64,000 nucleotides of DNA from Eledone cirrhosa (Eukaryota): contig OZ024746.1 of the NCBI GenBank assembly GCA_964016885.1, positions 35,464,001-35,528,000 of the forward strand, in the 5' to 3' direction. The position numbers and the translations under genes are program-made. This document shows positions 42,669 to 56,701 of the stretch, piece by piece. Below the pieces are notes generated by a model that worked only from the letters and a program-made list of their open reading frames with translations, searched no databases and was not told where the DNA came from. Numbering within the stretch: position 1 is the first letter of the stretch; every line of letters starts with the position of its first letter.

Positions 42669-43007
42669 GTTAAATCAGGACAAAATTTTACTGTAAAAAA
42701 TCACTTCACTTGTTCATCAAAAAATCTAATTTATGCCATTAAATGTAAAGGATGCGATGAAGATTATATAGGACAAACTAAACTCACACTCAGAAACAGA
42801 ATGACAGTTCATCGCCAACAATTTCGAGATCCAACCACGAGACAGATACCACTAAGTGCACATCTAGACATTTGCGCAAGTAATAAGACACCCAAATTCC
42901 AAGTCTTCCCATTTTACCTTTGCGCTAACAATACAACAGAACAAATGCGAATAAATAAGGAAAATATGTTTATTCAAAAATATAGACCAACATTAAATAA
43001 GGTTTAA
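42669..43007 (+). CDS. GIY-YIG endonuclease domain (C-terminus of the PLE ORF, 5'-truncated, no stops)
   Basis: VKSGQNFTVKNHFTCSSKNLIYAIKCKGCDEDYIGQTKLTLRNRMTVHRQQFRDPTTRQIPLSAHLDIC...QMRINKENMFIQKYRPTLNKV*: LIY...YIG, catalytic R/E/N positions and CxxC..H..H motif of PLE endonucleases. Confidence 0.92.
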   Translation, partial: VKSGQNFTVKNHFTCSSKNLIYAIKCKGCDEDYIGQTKLTLRNRMTVHRQQFRDPTTRQIPLSAHLDICASNKTPKFQVFPFYLCANNTTEQMRINKENMFIQKYRPTLNKV

Positions 43008-43215
43008 TATACATTATGTCAACACCACAATATGACATACACACACACACATAACACCTTCTACTTTAGAAAATAAAAACCTGAACTAAATAAACCTTAA
43101 CATACGTTTGCACTGGCAATACAACAGCAAACACGAAAAAGTAAGGAAAATATGTTCATCCAAAAATATTCCTACTAAAGGAATCACTTTCCTACACACA
43201 CACATACACACACAC

Positions 43216-43246
<31 letters not shown>

Positions 43247-43490
43247 TCTCTTCATCTTAACATGCTAACCATACTCCCACACACATAACACCCATACACA
43301 CACATAACAACCCCCACACCTACAACTCCCTCCCCATTTCTACTAATAGAACCACTTTCCTACACACATATATATATACACACACACAAAATATATATTC
43401 TCTCCATCTTAACAACTCGCACACACACACATAACACCCATATACACACACAACTCCCTCCCCAATCTCTACTAATAGAATCATCTTCCA

Positions 43491-43556
<66 letters not shown>

Positions 43557-44076
43557 ACACACAAGCACACAAATAAACATACATATCTTCAGTCTCAATA
43601 TAAAATCTGAACTCTGACACCCCGGCGAGCTGGCCATATTCACTGAACCAGAACATTTCTCCCAATCCCTTTTCTCTTGACCACTATCTCTCCATTGTCA
43701 TAACATTCACTATAAAGACTACAGAATAGTTTTCCAAATAAGGGCGCAAAAATGTAATAAAAACTTGTTCACGTGACAGCCAAATTTCATTTATAACCAA
43801 CCCCAAAAAAGCCTTCGTGAGCCTCCTTTTTTCAAGTAAAAAGAAATTCAAACACTCATATATGAAAAAACAACCTGTGACAACCCCCCACCCCCTCTCT
43901 TATTTGAAGAACTATTGTAACGCGAACTGGCGCGAAATTTATTATAATTATTGACAAACCAATCAAATTACTTCTCGAAAAACCTGGAATTTCGAGCCAC
44001 TTTTTCCATATAAAACAAGTAACATTCAGAGACCAACCAGATGTGAGAAAAACCACAGACCCTCCATCTCAACTCA

Positions 44077-44114
44077 CCTTTTGAAAAGCAGAAGAACTGC
44101 GAAACCGGTAAAGG
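44077..44114 (+). ncRNA. Minimal hammerhead with U3-A8 covariant core
   Basis: CCTT-TTGAAAA-GCAG/AAGAA/CTGC-GAAA-CCGG-TA-AAGG. Confidence 0.8.
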
Positions 44115-45121
44115 AACCAAATAAATATATATATTTAAAAAAAAAATAAGACTCCAGTTGCATTTTCGATTTCATCTCTTTTTCTTTATACTTTCACTCG
44201 TGTAGGACACCTCGGTTATTTTTCATTTTGTAAAAAAAACCTCACTTCTAATATATATATATATAAAAACAGAAGCCAATGAATACATACTTCGATTATG
44301 TGAATTAAGATGTAGTCTGTGATGTTTACGTGTGTGTAGTTATGAGATAAACCTCTCATACGTTTTAAGTTAATGACTCAAAATCTGAACATTTTCTGCA
44401 ATTTCGGTCGTATATATAAAAGCTTTCAATCTTTCACCCTTAAATGATCCCTTCACCTAATACTCCACTCTTCTTATCAAACTATTATTTATTGCAATGT
44501 TTCAAATATACTTGTTGAAGAATAGTAGTTGCAGAAGCAACTAGAAGTACATAACTTGAATATGCACACATTTTCACATTGTATGTATTTTGGTGTTACA
44601 CTCTTTCCGTCTACTTATTTTAAGTAGTACCGTCCACATTTTAATTAATTATATATTACTCCCATTTATTAAATGCCTCGATTAAACGAATAATAATAAG
44701 ACTTTGAAATTAATATCTTTAGTTATCACAGAATTCACTCCTTTGTTTCGTTTAATTTTCTAATTTGATATAGTATTTGTTAGAAATGCCTTGTAGAGAT
44801 ATTGTCACTGAGATGGTAAATATACATGTATATATATACTTGCTTGTATATATGCTGGTCGGATTATTATAGTCGAATATTATACATTGCAATGCTTCTT
44901 AGGAAGCCGTTTCTGTCTACAACGCACGAAGAAACGAGTGGTCATATAAACATCTAGATGTCCCAGAAGGTTAGCGTGATGTAAAATGTGTCCGCACATG
45001 TTAACACGTTTTGACTATATTCCTGAGAATATGAAAACATGTGACAAAACTCATTGGACTATCAATGACAGCTTGTAAACGGCTGTTATCACTCTAAAAA
45101 ACCACTTTAGAGATATCTGAA

Positions 45122-45470
45122 GTGCATCTGAAAATAACACCCACACTCTTCGATTATAAAACGTATATAACTGATTTCAGAACGATTGGCAAAGCACACA
45201 GTAGATACCAATTACGTGGATACTTGTACAGGAGGTGGACATTGAAAGCAACTGATATTGTATCCCAGAATGCAAATATTGAATTGGCAGAAAACTATGT
45301 GGCTATTGCTCACTTGGACATCATGTGCAAGATTTACACAAGCTTTCTCAACCAATTCTTTCAAGAAAATTGCGAATCCAACATAATAGTTACTGACGAG
45401 TAGGCAGGTAGAAAGAAAGGCGTGTGGTTGGGTGCTCAAAGTATTTCATAAATAAAGTCATCATTTTTCT
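45122..45470 (+). mobile_element. Degenerate R4/Dong-like RT N-terminal fragment
   Basis: AENYVAIAHLDIMCKIYTSFLNQFFQENCESNIIVTDE*AGRKKGVW resembles NYRPIACLN..YK.YTS...EQAG.KKG..G of non-LTR RT domains 1-2. Confidence 0.75.
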
Positions 45471-47490
45471 GTGCATATTTCAAAGAACAGTTCTTAAAAT
45501 GTTTACAACGCTGGAAAAACCACACGAGGTAACAGTATTTGCAGCTGAGATAGGAATAATATTTGATCAAAAGAAGGGTTCATATACGATAATTGAATAT
45601 ATAAATGATGTTACCCCGAATCCTGAACCTTTGCATCAATTTCCTCTCAATCTCCGTTGGTAGGCACAGCCAATACTACACATATCTAAATATTAACGAA
45701 AAAGTATCGTATAGTGTTACTGTAAGCAATCATATTAATGAAAGAATCTTAAAAGAAACTAATACATATGAGAGTTGAAATTTTTCTCTTGCACCAACAA
45801 AATCTCTCAGTGAATTTCCATTAGAAAATATCTGAATCAACATTTACGATTCTTGTCTAATCTATGGAGGAAATCCTCTTAAATATATTACGAAACTTCT
45901 AAGATCCTGATGACTCTAGGAAGATTCTATAAAAACAGCCGTATCGACAAGACAAGCTTTAAAAACCATGAAAGGGAGAACAAATCCTAAGATCAGTGTA
46001 AACGAAGCAGTAGCTAGTAAATTATAACAGTGAAAATATATACATTGACCAAATGTTCAAACGAGAAGAGAGCAACATTTTACAGGTGGGCAGAGAATTT
46101 GTCACTGAAGAATTACTCAGTTCCTGATTTCCTCTAATGCGAACATTTAACGATTAGATTAGCATATCCCAAGAAAGAACCTGAAGATGAGGCTAATATA
46201 TATATGAAATATAGTGTTTCATGGATTCGGGACCATTAAATGAAGTTACATTTCGATTTTGGAACCGAAGAGCAAAAGCTGGATATGAAAGTTTAAATTA
46301 GCAAAACCTTAAAAAGGCAACCAAAAACGCAAATGATGTCTCATTTCAATACATGATATCACACATATAAACCGCTGAACATGCCCTGCTCTATCTCCCG
46401 ATGAAGCTAAAATGATATTCAATATCATCCGTCGGAAGCATTGCCCTGAGATAAACATAATGTATCAACTTGTTATTGAATACATTCATGTCAACGTAAG
46501 GAAATATTGTCGTCAAAACCTTTGCTAACTTAAGAACAAATATAATTTAGAAATGCATTGACATTGAGTTCAGCTGCTCTGCCCATGTGAACATTTTCAC
46601 AAAATCAACAAGAAAGAAAGCAATTAAATAAAACAGTATCAGAATCACGAGATTTACTCTAAGATTATAAATTCTACGATTATAACGATAATTATCTAGT
46701 GCACTTATATATGTTAACAAAGGCTTAAGTGGCAATCAGGAAACGTGGAAAAGCTAGTGTTTTCAGACACAGAAATTGTGCAGCTAACACGCACTTTACA
46801 AATCCAAGCTATAAACAGAATAGTAATATATTCAAGAGTTTTTATAAAAAACAAATTGCTTTGCTCACCACTTTGCCAATTTGAGATCAAAATTGCAAAG
46901 AGCCTGTTTTTTCCTTGTTAGGAGCCAACTATTTCTTTAAAAAACGGTTTCAAATAATTGAAATAGAGGGAAAAAAAAACATAGATCAAACTCATTTTGT
47001 AGGGATTGAAACACAGATCATAAAGGGTTGTAAATAAATACCGTGATCTAATGAAACAGACAGATACCGTGCTTAATTAAAAAAGTAATAAAAATAAAGA
47101 TATTAGTAATAAATTTATTGGTTCATTCATGTTGACCTTTTCTGCCTAACAGCCCATTTTACGTTAATTACAAATATAATTACATGAATTAATTAATTAT
47201 ATGTGTATTCTATTTCCGAAGCTTTCTAAAAATATACATTTAATTATTCCGGACCTTGTGACGCACAAGCATAAAATCGCCCCCACCAACATAACAATAG
47301 CACCATACAGTTAGAGACACACACTCCCATATACATACTTTCACCTGAAATACTACTATATATATATAAGCACAATTGTGCACCATCATACATGTGTACA
47401 TATACATATACACACACATACAAACACACAAAAACAGACACATACTTACATGCACACACACACATATATACACACACACATATATAAATA

Positions 47491-47529
<39 letters not shown>

Positions 47530-48022
47530 CACACCTATACTAGTTGTGCACTAGTGCCTGCTTGGGTGCGTGTAGAGTGATTTTTCTATATTCTTTCTCC
47601 TTCTCTGTGTATACATCTACACACTCACTTGCACACACACACACACACATATACATATATATATATAGAGAGAGAGATAGAGAGAGAAATGTAAGTGTAA
47701 GTAATATTGTTTATCTCTCTAGTTTAACTTTATATCGATTAACTTGAAAGAAAGATCGCTGGAAGTTAAAACCTTGTTATATCAGAATTTGCAATTAACA
47801 TCTTAATTAGGGAGAGTAGATCGCGACCCCAATTTTCCAGCCTGTTAAAATTGCAACTAGATATAAACATTGTATTGAATTTGTAACAAAATACACACTT
47901 TGCTCCCTTGCCAATCACCCTAACACATACTTACTCACGCGCACATGAGTATAAATCATGTATATACATATTAACATGAACAAAATGCTTTGAGAGAAGG
48001 ATAAATATACATATATATATAT

Positions 48023-48092
<70 letters not shown>

Positions 48093-48404
48093 TACATACA
48101 TATATATATAGATATATACATACATTAGTGACAGAGTAAAGGAGGAAGATGAAGAGGGAGAGAAAAGAGATATAGAGAGTCATATAAATAGAGATACACT
48201 TTTATAATTGATGAAGTAATTCTCGAGAGTTTTTCATTTCAATGTCAAGAGGTTGTTTACAGCTTCAGGACAAGCGTGGACAGATAGATAACAAAACCAC
48301 ATGGTGCATACAGCATGAAACGAAGCTAAATATCCCGATACACCCACATACGCACAGTCCCTCACCCCACACACATACAAACCCACCCACTCATACACAC
48401 ACAC

Positions 48405-48435
<31 letters not shown>

Positions 48436-48475
48436 CGCACACACAGGTACACAAAGAGGCACACATATATATATA

Positions 48476-48545
<70 letters not shown>

Positions 48546-48969
48546 GTGACATCCAATTAACTGATGGAAACACGGAAGGCAAGATTGCTTTCTTTGCACG
48601 AAAATTGTATTATCATGCTAGAAATCATCATCATCTTCATCATCATCTTCATCATCATCACTATCCTTATACTCAGAAAATGTCAGATTCGTAAACCTTA
48701 CTGTATTCTGTTGTTTCCCTTAATTATCTGTGTTCAAATCCTAGTTGGGTGAACTGTTCGAAGTGCATGCATATTTGAAATATCGATTTTAATTTATTGG
48801 AAACAATTTTACTGCACACAAAATAATGTACCATCTGTCCTATTTAAGAACTCTTTGTTTAGCTTTTAAAAAATGTTGTATTACACTTGTAATATGGTTC
48901 TTATCTCAGCAATGGCCATGAGCCGTGAGATGGAGTTATGTTAATTTTTCCGTCCCTGCACTGCCATTG

Positions 48970-49830
48970 GTTCTATATATAATCCGGCTTTTTGCGAATT
49001 TCTACAGCACATTAGGTTTACTAGATTTAATCCAGGACTTTCAGTTTTCTAAATTAATCCGACACAATATGGTTTCTATATTTTATAGGAAATGTTTTTG
49101 ACGGTTACTACGGTTCATAAGAGTTTCTACAAATAATCGACTACTTTCTGTTTCTACATTAAATTCTACACTTTAGAGTCTCTACATCTAGTCCAATTAT
49201 GTAATGCTTCTCCAGATAATCCAGTACTTTTCGGTTTCGATATATAATAAGGTACTCTATAGAATTTAGATTTAATCCCACTCTTGCAATTTCTACATTT
49301 AATCCGGCACCTGATAGTTTTCCTTTTAATAAGGGACATTACAGTTTCTATGTTCAAACTTACCCAACAAGGTTTCCTTATCTAATCCGGAACTTTAGTA
49401 TTTCAAGGTATAATCCGGTACTGTTTGCATTCTTCAGTTAACCCGGTTACTTTTCGGTTTCTAAATGTAAGCCGGTACTTTACGGTTGCTACATTTAATC
49501 CGGCACCATAATATTTCTACATTTAATCTGACTCACTATCATGTCTATATTTATTCCGGCAATTCAGAAGCTGTATCTATGATCTGGCACGCTACGTTTA
49601 CTACATTTAAAGAGGCAATTATATTTGCTATGTCTAATGCGACAAATGTGTTTAGTTTACTTCATTGTATCCTTCACTTTGCACTTTCTACCATTAATCT
49701 GGCACATGTTGCGTTCTCCGTTTAATCCAGCACATTTCAAATTCTAAATATAACAGTGGACTCTATTGATTTGACATTTAATCCGATTCAATGCATCCTC
49801 TATAATTAATCCCGCACTTTCTGGATTCCC
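48970..49830. repeat. Degenerate minisatellite of about 28-29 bp
   Basis: Recurrent TTTCTACATTTAATCCGGCAC-like core with regular spacing. Confidence 0.75.
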
Positions 49831-50859
49831 AAGTTAGTCTGACACGTGTCTGCATGAAATAAGAAATAGTAGCAATTTTCTTTGAGAAAGCAATTTAGAA
49901 TGTCCCTGTGTCCTGATCAGGGACGTAGTAACTTCTTTTGATACGAAGAAGTCTGTATGTCATCTCTCCATCTGTTGGAAATAGTAACAAAACGAATACC
50001 CTCAAAATTTCATCAGTTTTAGAAAAAGAGACGATGGTTGATGTGGTAGTTCGTTCAATGGGGTCGTGAAATCGACGCAATTGCAACATTTGGAATGTCT
50101 TTGATAATGTGCGTGATCACTTATGGCTGATCTGCCACTAAACAGCTCACATAATATAGACACCTCTTGCTACCTTTCACATCCTATTTTACGAAATGTT
50201 CCGTATGAGTTCTATAAAAACGGAAACAAAAAAGAATTAACTATTAAATTAAATTTGAACATATCAATAAGTTCTGCGCCGTTAAAATGAAATACCAGTA
50301 AATTATACCCGCACTTTGACATTTGTACTGTTCTATACTAATATTAGAAATTATTATGTTTTCTTTTGTATATAGACTTTATCTACAATCTAGCCCAAGG
50401 CAACAACAAAACATAAACCATGTAAACACAGCTTGTAAATAGCTAAGATATTTTGCCAATATTCATATAGTCAAAGAAACAAAACATTTTTTATCATCCA
50501 GGTAAACACATATGAAAGAATCCACATAAAAATTAGGATGAAAATATGTTACGAAAATAACAGAAAATAAAACAAAATCAAACAGTCTTTTCTGGCTAGT
50601 AACCAAACAATTTAGTATGTAAATACTAGAATGAATGAATAAACAACTTACACTTTGGTACCTCTACACCTGTCACCTATATGTCTGGTAGAAGCCTCTT
50701 CCTGGAATATATATGTACGTTATTGGGTTTTCTATTATAACTAAAGTCATTGTACTTGCGTTTAATATTTTTCTCACATAATACAAATGATTATCACATC
50801 TTAAATCTCACTCACAATGTTGCCATCTTCACATATTTGTGTTTTCCCTTGTATTAAGG

Positions 50860-51000
50860 CCTCGGATAGAATGAATGCTTTACGGTATTCGTCTCACCAC
50901 ATTGCGCGCTGTGAGTTCACAACACGTAGGGGTCAACTTTACCTTTCATCCTTTCGAGGTCGAGAAAAGAAGTACCAGTCCAGTATTGGGGTCGATTCTT
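50860..51000 (+). mobile_element. Decayed SINE family 1
   Basis: GAGTTCAC...GGTCAACTTTACCTTTCATCCTTTCGAGGTCGA...AGTACCAGT. Confidence 0.65.
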
Positions 51001-51759
51001 CCTCTATAGAAATCATCGGCTGTGTTGAGACCTGGAGAGAGTTGGGTTCCAGCAGATTGAAAAGTTCCCTTGAAATGTCTTTTCACTGTACCTCTACGAC
51101 TCCACAAGGAGTTATGGTGTCTTTATCCTCCTCCTTGTATTACGTGCAAGGAGAAAAGACGATTTAAATTCGATGATCTCATTCATTCAATAACTAATTG
51201 TTTCATTAAGGTTTTAATTCATGCATATATGAGAATGGGAAATGGTTGTTGGTTTTGTGTTCGATGTTATAGTTTAGCCCCAATTCAACCCTGATATATA
51301 AATATTACTATATAAAAAACCATTACAGCTCGTACTAACCTGTCAATGCTTTAAAGGGGGTGAATCTGAGAACATATTTCAATACGCCCCTATTTTTTTC
51401 AATAGATCGCAGAGTGCTATGTGGTCTTGGTGATTACACTAATAATTTAAACAAAACTTTTCAAATTAAATATCATAATCTATTGACTTACCATGACATT
51501 ACTTAGCACCATGATTTGGACAAAATTTGTTCATTGAGAAAATTCGAATTCAAAGTTCTGAGGCATAGTCTTCATGTGGATTGTAACTAAATGCATGAAA
51601 TGTAAACTCGGCAAAGGTTTTAAATCCTTATTCTTCTGTTTTTGGTCTCTGTTCAAATATTATGCATGGCCGATTAAATTTTCAAAGGATAGGCGTCTAA
51701 AGACTTTATTTAGTAAACACGACAAATATACGATGATTTGTACAGGCAATTACACACTT

Positions 51760-52000
51760 GGAGGCACGTGGCCTAGCTGTATGCGTCTTGGACCTACGAT
51801 CATAACGTCATGTGTGCAATTCCTGGACCTCATTTTGTGTTCTGTTCTTGAGTAAAACACTTACAGTCACGATGCTTCTGTATACAAAGTGTAAAATGAA
51901 TAACAACAATATTTGGGGGTTTAACTCTGCCATGGACTGGCGCAGTCCCTAGGAGGAAGTTTTGTACTTACACGCACTAAATGCCACATAAACTAGGATA
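51760..52000 (+). mobile_element. Decayed SINE family 2
   Basis: GGAGGCACGTGGCCTAG...TGTTCTTGAGTAAAACACTT. Confidence 0.55.
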
Positions 52001-52018
52001 ATCACCAACGAAGCCCTT

Positions 52019-52058
<40 letters not shown>

Positions 52059-52063
<5 letters not shown>

Positions 52064-52417
52064 AAAAAGAGATGAAATCGAAAATGCAACTGGAGTCTTA
52101 TTTTTTTTTTAAATATATATATTTATTTGGTTCCTTTATCGGTTTCGCAGTTCTTCTGCTTTTCAAAAGGTGAGTTGAGATGGAGGGTGTGTGGTTTTTC
52201 TCACATCTGTGAGAAAAACCACAGACCCTCCATCTCAACTCACCTTTTGAAAAGCAGAAGAACTGCGAAACCGGTAAAGGAACCAAATAAATATATATAT
52301 TTAAAAAAAAAATAAGACTGCAGTTGCATTTTCGATTTCATCTCTTTTTCTTTATACTTTCACTCGTGTAGGACACCTCGGTTATTTTTCATTTTGTAAA
52401 AAAAAGCTCACTTTCTA
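52059..52417 (+). mobile_element. Fold-back 5'-truncated copy of family D with two opposed HHRs (52133-52170 minus; 52243-52280 plus)
   Basis: Arms about 52059-52205 and 52208-52356, tail 52357-52417; nearly identical to 44040-44250. Confidence 0.92.
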
Positions 52418-52433
52418 ATATATATATATATAG

Positions 52434-52757
52434 GTAAAAGTTATATTTAAATTGTTGGGATACAACAAGGAAATATTTTTATAACTGATATAAAGCACTC
52501 AACAAATATTTGGAGTAAAAATACGATATTAACAAATTGAAACTATATTTATAAAACCATATTTATTTCATTATACGTATTTCAAGGACACCAAGTTAAA
52601 TTATGGTGTGCTTACATCAGATAAAATATAATATAGATCAGTTTTATAAATAAATATTGACATACGCTTAAATAATGCAACCATTACTGTTGGAAGCTCC
52701 CGCTTATTGTGCTATTATTCATAGTCAAAGAACCTACATTAAATCTGATAAGGTTTA

Positions 52758-52760
<3 letters not shown>
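52434..52760 (-). mobile_element. PLE remnant, family E, with decayed HHR at 52568-52624
   Basis: Homologous to 57836-58080; TTAT-CTGATGT-...ACACCA/TGGTGT...-GAAA-TACGTA-TA-ATGA on the minus strand. Confidence 0.7.
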
Positions 52761-52800
<40 letters not shown>

Positions 52801-53037
52801 GTTTACACACACACAACAACACACACACATGCAGACACATACCCATCTATGTATACACACACGTACGCCTACATGCACAGACACACACAACCCCACATAC
52901 ATATATATATATATACTCACACACCGTCTCTCCCTCACTTACACGGACTCATTGACACCCACTTGTTGATACATACCGCCACGAGTCTTCTGACGGCTGT
53001 TCACTCCGCGCTCTGGTACATAGCTACCACCATACAC

Positions 53038-53101
<64 letters not shown>

Positions 53102-53107
<6 letters not shown>

Positions 53108-53345
53108 AAAAGGTAAACAGAAATAACAACACAATCGGTACAATATATGGAAGTGATATATTAGGTTAACGCTTGATATATCAGGAAGAGGTCTTAACGT
53201 TTCGGACGCTAGTCCTTCATCAGAAGAAAGAATGAGAAATAAGATAGACTGAGGGGACGAGAGGGATGGAATTGGAAAAATGGTCTTTAGATAATATTAA
53301 CAGGTCCATTTATGCTGACATCTCTTACAAAATTGTTGGTGCTGT
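53102..53345 (-). mobile_element. PLE terminal-repeat remnant, family C
   Basis: Homologous to 41047-41275; lies next to (TA)/(TG) tracts. Confidence 0.75.
53192..53227 (-). ncRNA. Ultra-minimal type I hammerhead (36 nt)
   Basis: TCTT-CTGATGA-A-GGAC/TAGC/GTCC-GAAA-CG-TT-AAGA; stem III region is the palindrome AACGTT. Confidence 0.88.
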
Positions 53346-53400
53346 CGTTTTGTGTATGATTTATATTTTAGAAAATTGCGTGTGTGAAATACACACACAC

Positions 53401-53593
<193 letters not shown>

Positions 53594-53712
53594 TGTGTGT
53601 GTGAGAGAATGTGTGTGTGCAGATATGTATTTGGTAAGTCTAAGTCGATTTTCTCGTTCATAATTCATTCAATCAGAGATCTTTACTGAAAATAATTTTG
53701 ATGTTTATATGC

Positions 53713-53772
<60 letters not shown>

Positions 53773-55932
53773 ATGTGTGTGTGTGTGTTTGTCTGTATAA
53801 CTGAATCATATGTGTCTACAATAGATTGTAGGTGTTTGTGGTAAAATGGGAGGGGGTGCAATGTTTTTAGAGATTAATATTTCTTTGTTGGTATATTGTA
53901 TACTTGGGCGTCTTATGTTTACTTCCTGAAAACTAGGTCACATCTCTTAGGACCTATACCATTAAGACTGTCATTCACATATCACGTAAGGTTTGGAAAT
54001 TAGCAAATAAAGCAGACAACAGCAGCAGCATTAGCAGCTGCAGCATTCCTTTCCCCCACCACACCAGCGCAACAACAACGATCAAACTTCGCTTCCGATC
54101 AAACCGAGCACCAACGCCATCAATTACACCACCACTGTCTTTACTGCAGCCATCGCCGCCACAACTCCAACAATATTGACAACTTCTTTCATCACAGCAA
54201 ACAGTATATACGAATGCTCCTCCTCCAAGAAAAAAATGTTACAGCAACACCATTGCTAACATCATTAACATACAATCTTGATAATCGGTCTAAATGAGTG
54301 CGAATGATGGAGTCTCAAACATTCTGAACTAGTTGATGGTTATCATGTCCAAATTTTACAACATGAAAACAATGATATTTCTCTGCTTCCACACCAAATT
54401 TATACGTTTGTTAAACATTGCATGCTAGCTAGCAAACAAAACAGCAAATGCTGCATACATTGGTATTGTTTATTTATATATATACCCGATTGAGCCGGCC
54501 TATGAAACTGACAATCGCAATTTAATGCTATGTGCACACAAACTAGGATCAAATTATCTAATGTGGTGTTTCTTAAGACGTATGGTTTCAGGAATATTTG
54601 TCAGCTATTTTAGCACATCAAGCGAGTACGTGGATTCTTTCTTTTAGGAAACCCGATAAATAGCTGAATTGCATACACCAAGCAAGATTTTAAAGACATC
54701 GTTACAATTTACATTATTACCTTAGTTGGTAAACAATCCTTACACATAAAGTATAATTTAATGTGATGGCAGGGTCAGTCTGTTTGAGAACCGATAGAAA
54801 TTCTGGATTTAAGGTTGATGTTGCGGTTGAGATATATGAGACTGTCATTGTGAGAGAGGTACAAAGAGGTTTAATTGTTATAGGGAATAGGAGATAAAAA
54901 GAGACAGAAGTGACGGTACTATGAAAGATTTAAAACACATAGTTATATTGTCGGGTTAATATTTTTGAGGTTAAGGTATTTGAAAAATAATTTTGTGGGG
55001 CAGTTAAATGTAAAATAGCTGTTGTTAAGTTTGTTTGTTTATGTGTGGTGCTAACGAACATATGTCTAATCTATATTTCATAAATGGAAACTTCGTCACA
55101 CCTAATCACCTACATTTAGCTGAGGATATTCTATTGACGTGAAGTGCTTTTGGATTGCTTAAAACGGTTTACCCTCGCGGTGTTACAGCGTAACCTACGC
55201 CGATAAGCAACATATTTATCTGCACTATATATATATCTTTAATGTAATACATTGATAGAGCTACACATATAAAATATATTATCCACATATATAATCTCCT
55301 TCAAAGTTTCGCAATATCCTAAATTACAATATATGCATTGTTATTAAAGGGGAATGTAAAATATAATTTGGCTTTCCTGAAATACCGAAATTAATGAATA
55401 CATTCTTGAAATTAAGAACGCCATAAATTATGTACCCCCAAATTAATACAATACGGTATACAATAGACGTTAAAACTATACAAATACTGAATGCAGTTCA
55501 GAAATATGATAAAGTGTCTGTCCTATAAAACCGGACACCTTTTGCGAATATGAAGCATTATATATGCTTACAATAAATATGTTTTGTGATATTGAATCAC
55601 TGATGTTCAGAACTTTTTAAGAAAAACTGAAATTGATAAAAAAGAAAAGCGAAGAAACAGAAAGTGAATTTATATATGCTTATTAATTTACTTAGTATCG
55701 GTAATCAAGGAAGGTCAAGAAACTTTTTTAGAATCTGTATGATAGCCCAATTCCAACAATACTCAATACTTAGCTCATCTTCCAATTCTACCATGAGTAA
55801 AAAACAACAAACCAAAAGGCTTCACATGAAGCTGTGTATAATAATACCTACCTACATACACTAACACACAGACACTCTCTCTCTCACACACACACTCATA
55901 CGCCCCCCCCCTATATATATATATATATATAA

Positions 55933-55984
55933 TGCCTGATGAGGTCATAGCCATTCAATGGCTATCATCGAAATATATATAGCA
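55933..55984 (+). ncRNA. Type I hammerhead in a stand-alone insert of about 100 bp within (TA)n
   Basis: TGC-CTGATGA-GGTC-ATAGCCATT/C/AATGGCTAT-CATC-GAAA-TATATA-TA-GCA then AATAAA. Confidence 0.8.
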
Positions 55985-56160
55985 GTAAATAAAGGATTAT
56001 GAGTTCATGCAATTGACTTATGTTTCGTCATTATATATATATATATATATATATATCTTTAATGCGAAGAAATACTAATGATAGTCAGAATAATGCTGAC
56101 GATGGACAGTTCCGTTTCTCGCTCTATTTTCATTCATATATATATATAGATAGATAGATA

Positions 56161-56598
56161 AATATACACGGGTGTGTATGATTGTGTATAGAAGATTATA
56201 TTAATAAGAGGAATTCCAACTTTGTCTGATTTACTCGTTTTATTTACAATCCTTTAAAATTTATAATGGTATTATAATGAAATAGTATGATAGAATATTA
56301 AATTCTAAGTGTTAATTGAACAAGTACTTTCATGCTTTCGCAATCTTCAGGTTCATAATATGTGGTGACAGTCAAGTTTGCAATTTTCAACTGTCAAGTT
56401 TGCAATTTTCAATTGAAAATTGCAAACTTGACAGTCACCACATATTATGAACCTGAAGATTGCGAAAGCATGAAAGTACTTGTTCAATTAACACTTAGAA
56501 TTTAATATTCTATCATACTATTTTATTATATTACCATCATAAATTTTAAAGGATTGTAAATAAAACGAGTAAATCAGACAAAGTTGGAATATCCCTTA

Positions 56599-56606
<8 letters not shown>
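56161..56606 (-). mobile_element. Fold-back PLE remnant with two opposed HHRs
   Basis: Palindrome about 56197-56606 centred near 56412, with a 20-bp internal duplication; unpaired tail 56161-56196. Confidence 0.85.
56448..56486 (+). ncRNA. Minimal hammerhead (mirror copy at 56317-56355 minus)
   Basis: TGAAC-CTGAAGA-T-TGC/GAAA/GCA-T-GAAA-GTAC-TT-GTTCA; perfect 5-bp stem I and GNRA loop II. Confidence 0.88.
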
Positions 56607-56656
<50 letters not shown>

Positions 56657-56701
56657 ATAAGAAACGGAGAGTCAGTTGTGCGAAGAATCAGATTTATTAG
56701 G

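Larger units (their letters stand above)
42636..44250 (+). mobile_element. 5'-truncated Penelope-like retrotransposon (family D, Neptune-like by inference)
   Basis: Inverted 5' piece 42636-42669 is the reverse complement of about 44156-44189. GIY-YIG domain, about 1.2-kb 3' region, HHR, AATAAA and tail follow. (TA)n at both ends. Confidence 0.9.

Noticed and set aside
52098-52315. Two near-identical 62-aa ORFs on opposite strands
   Set aside because: A consequence of the palindrome in a non-coding PLE 3' region.
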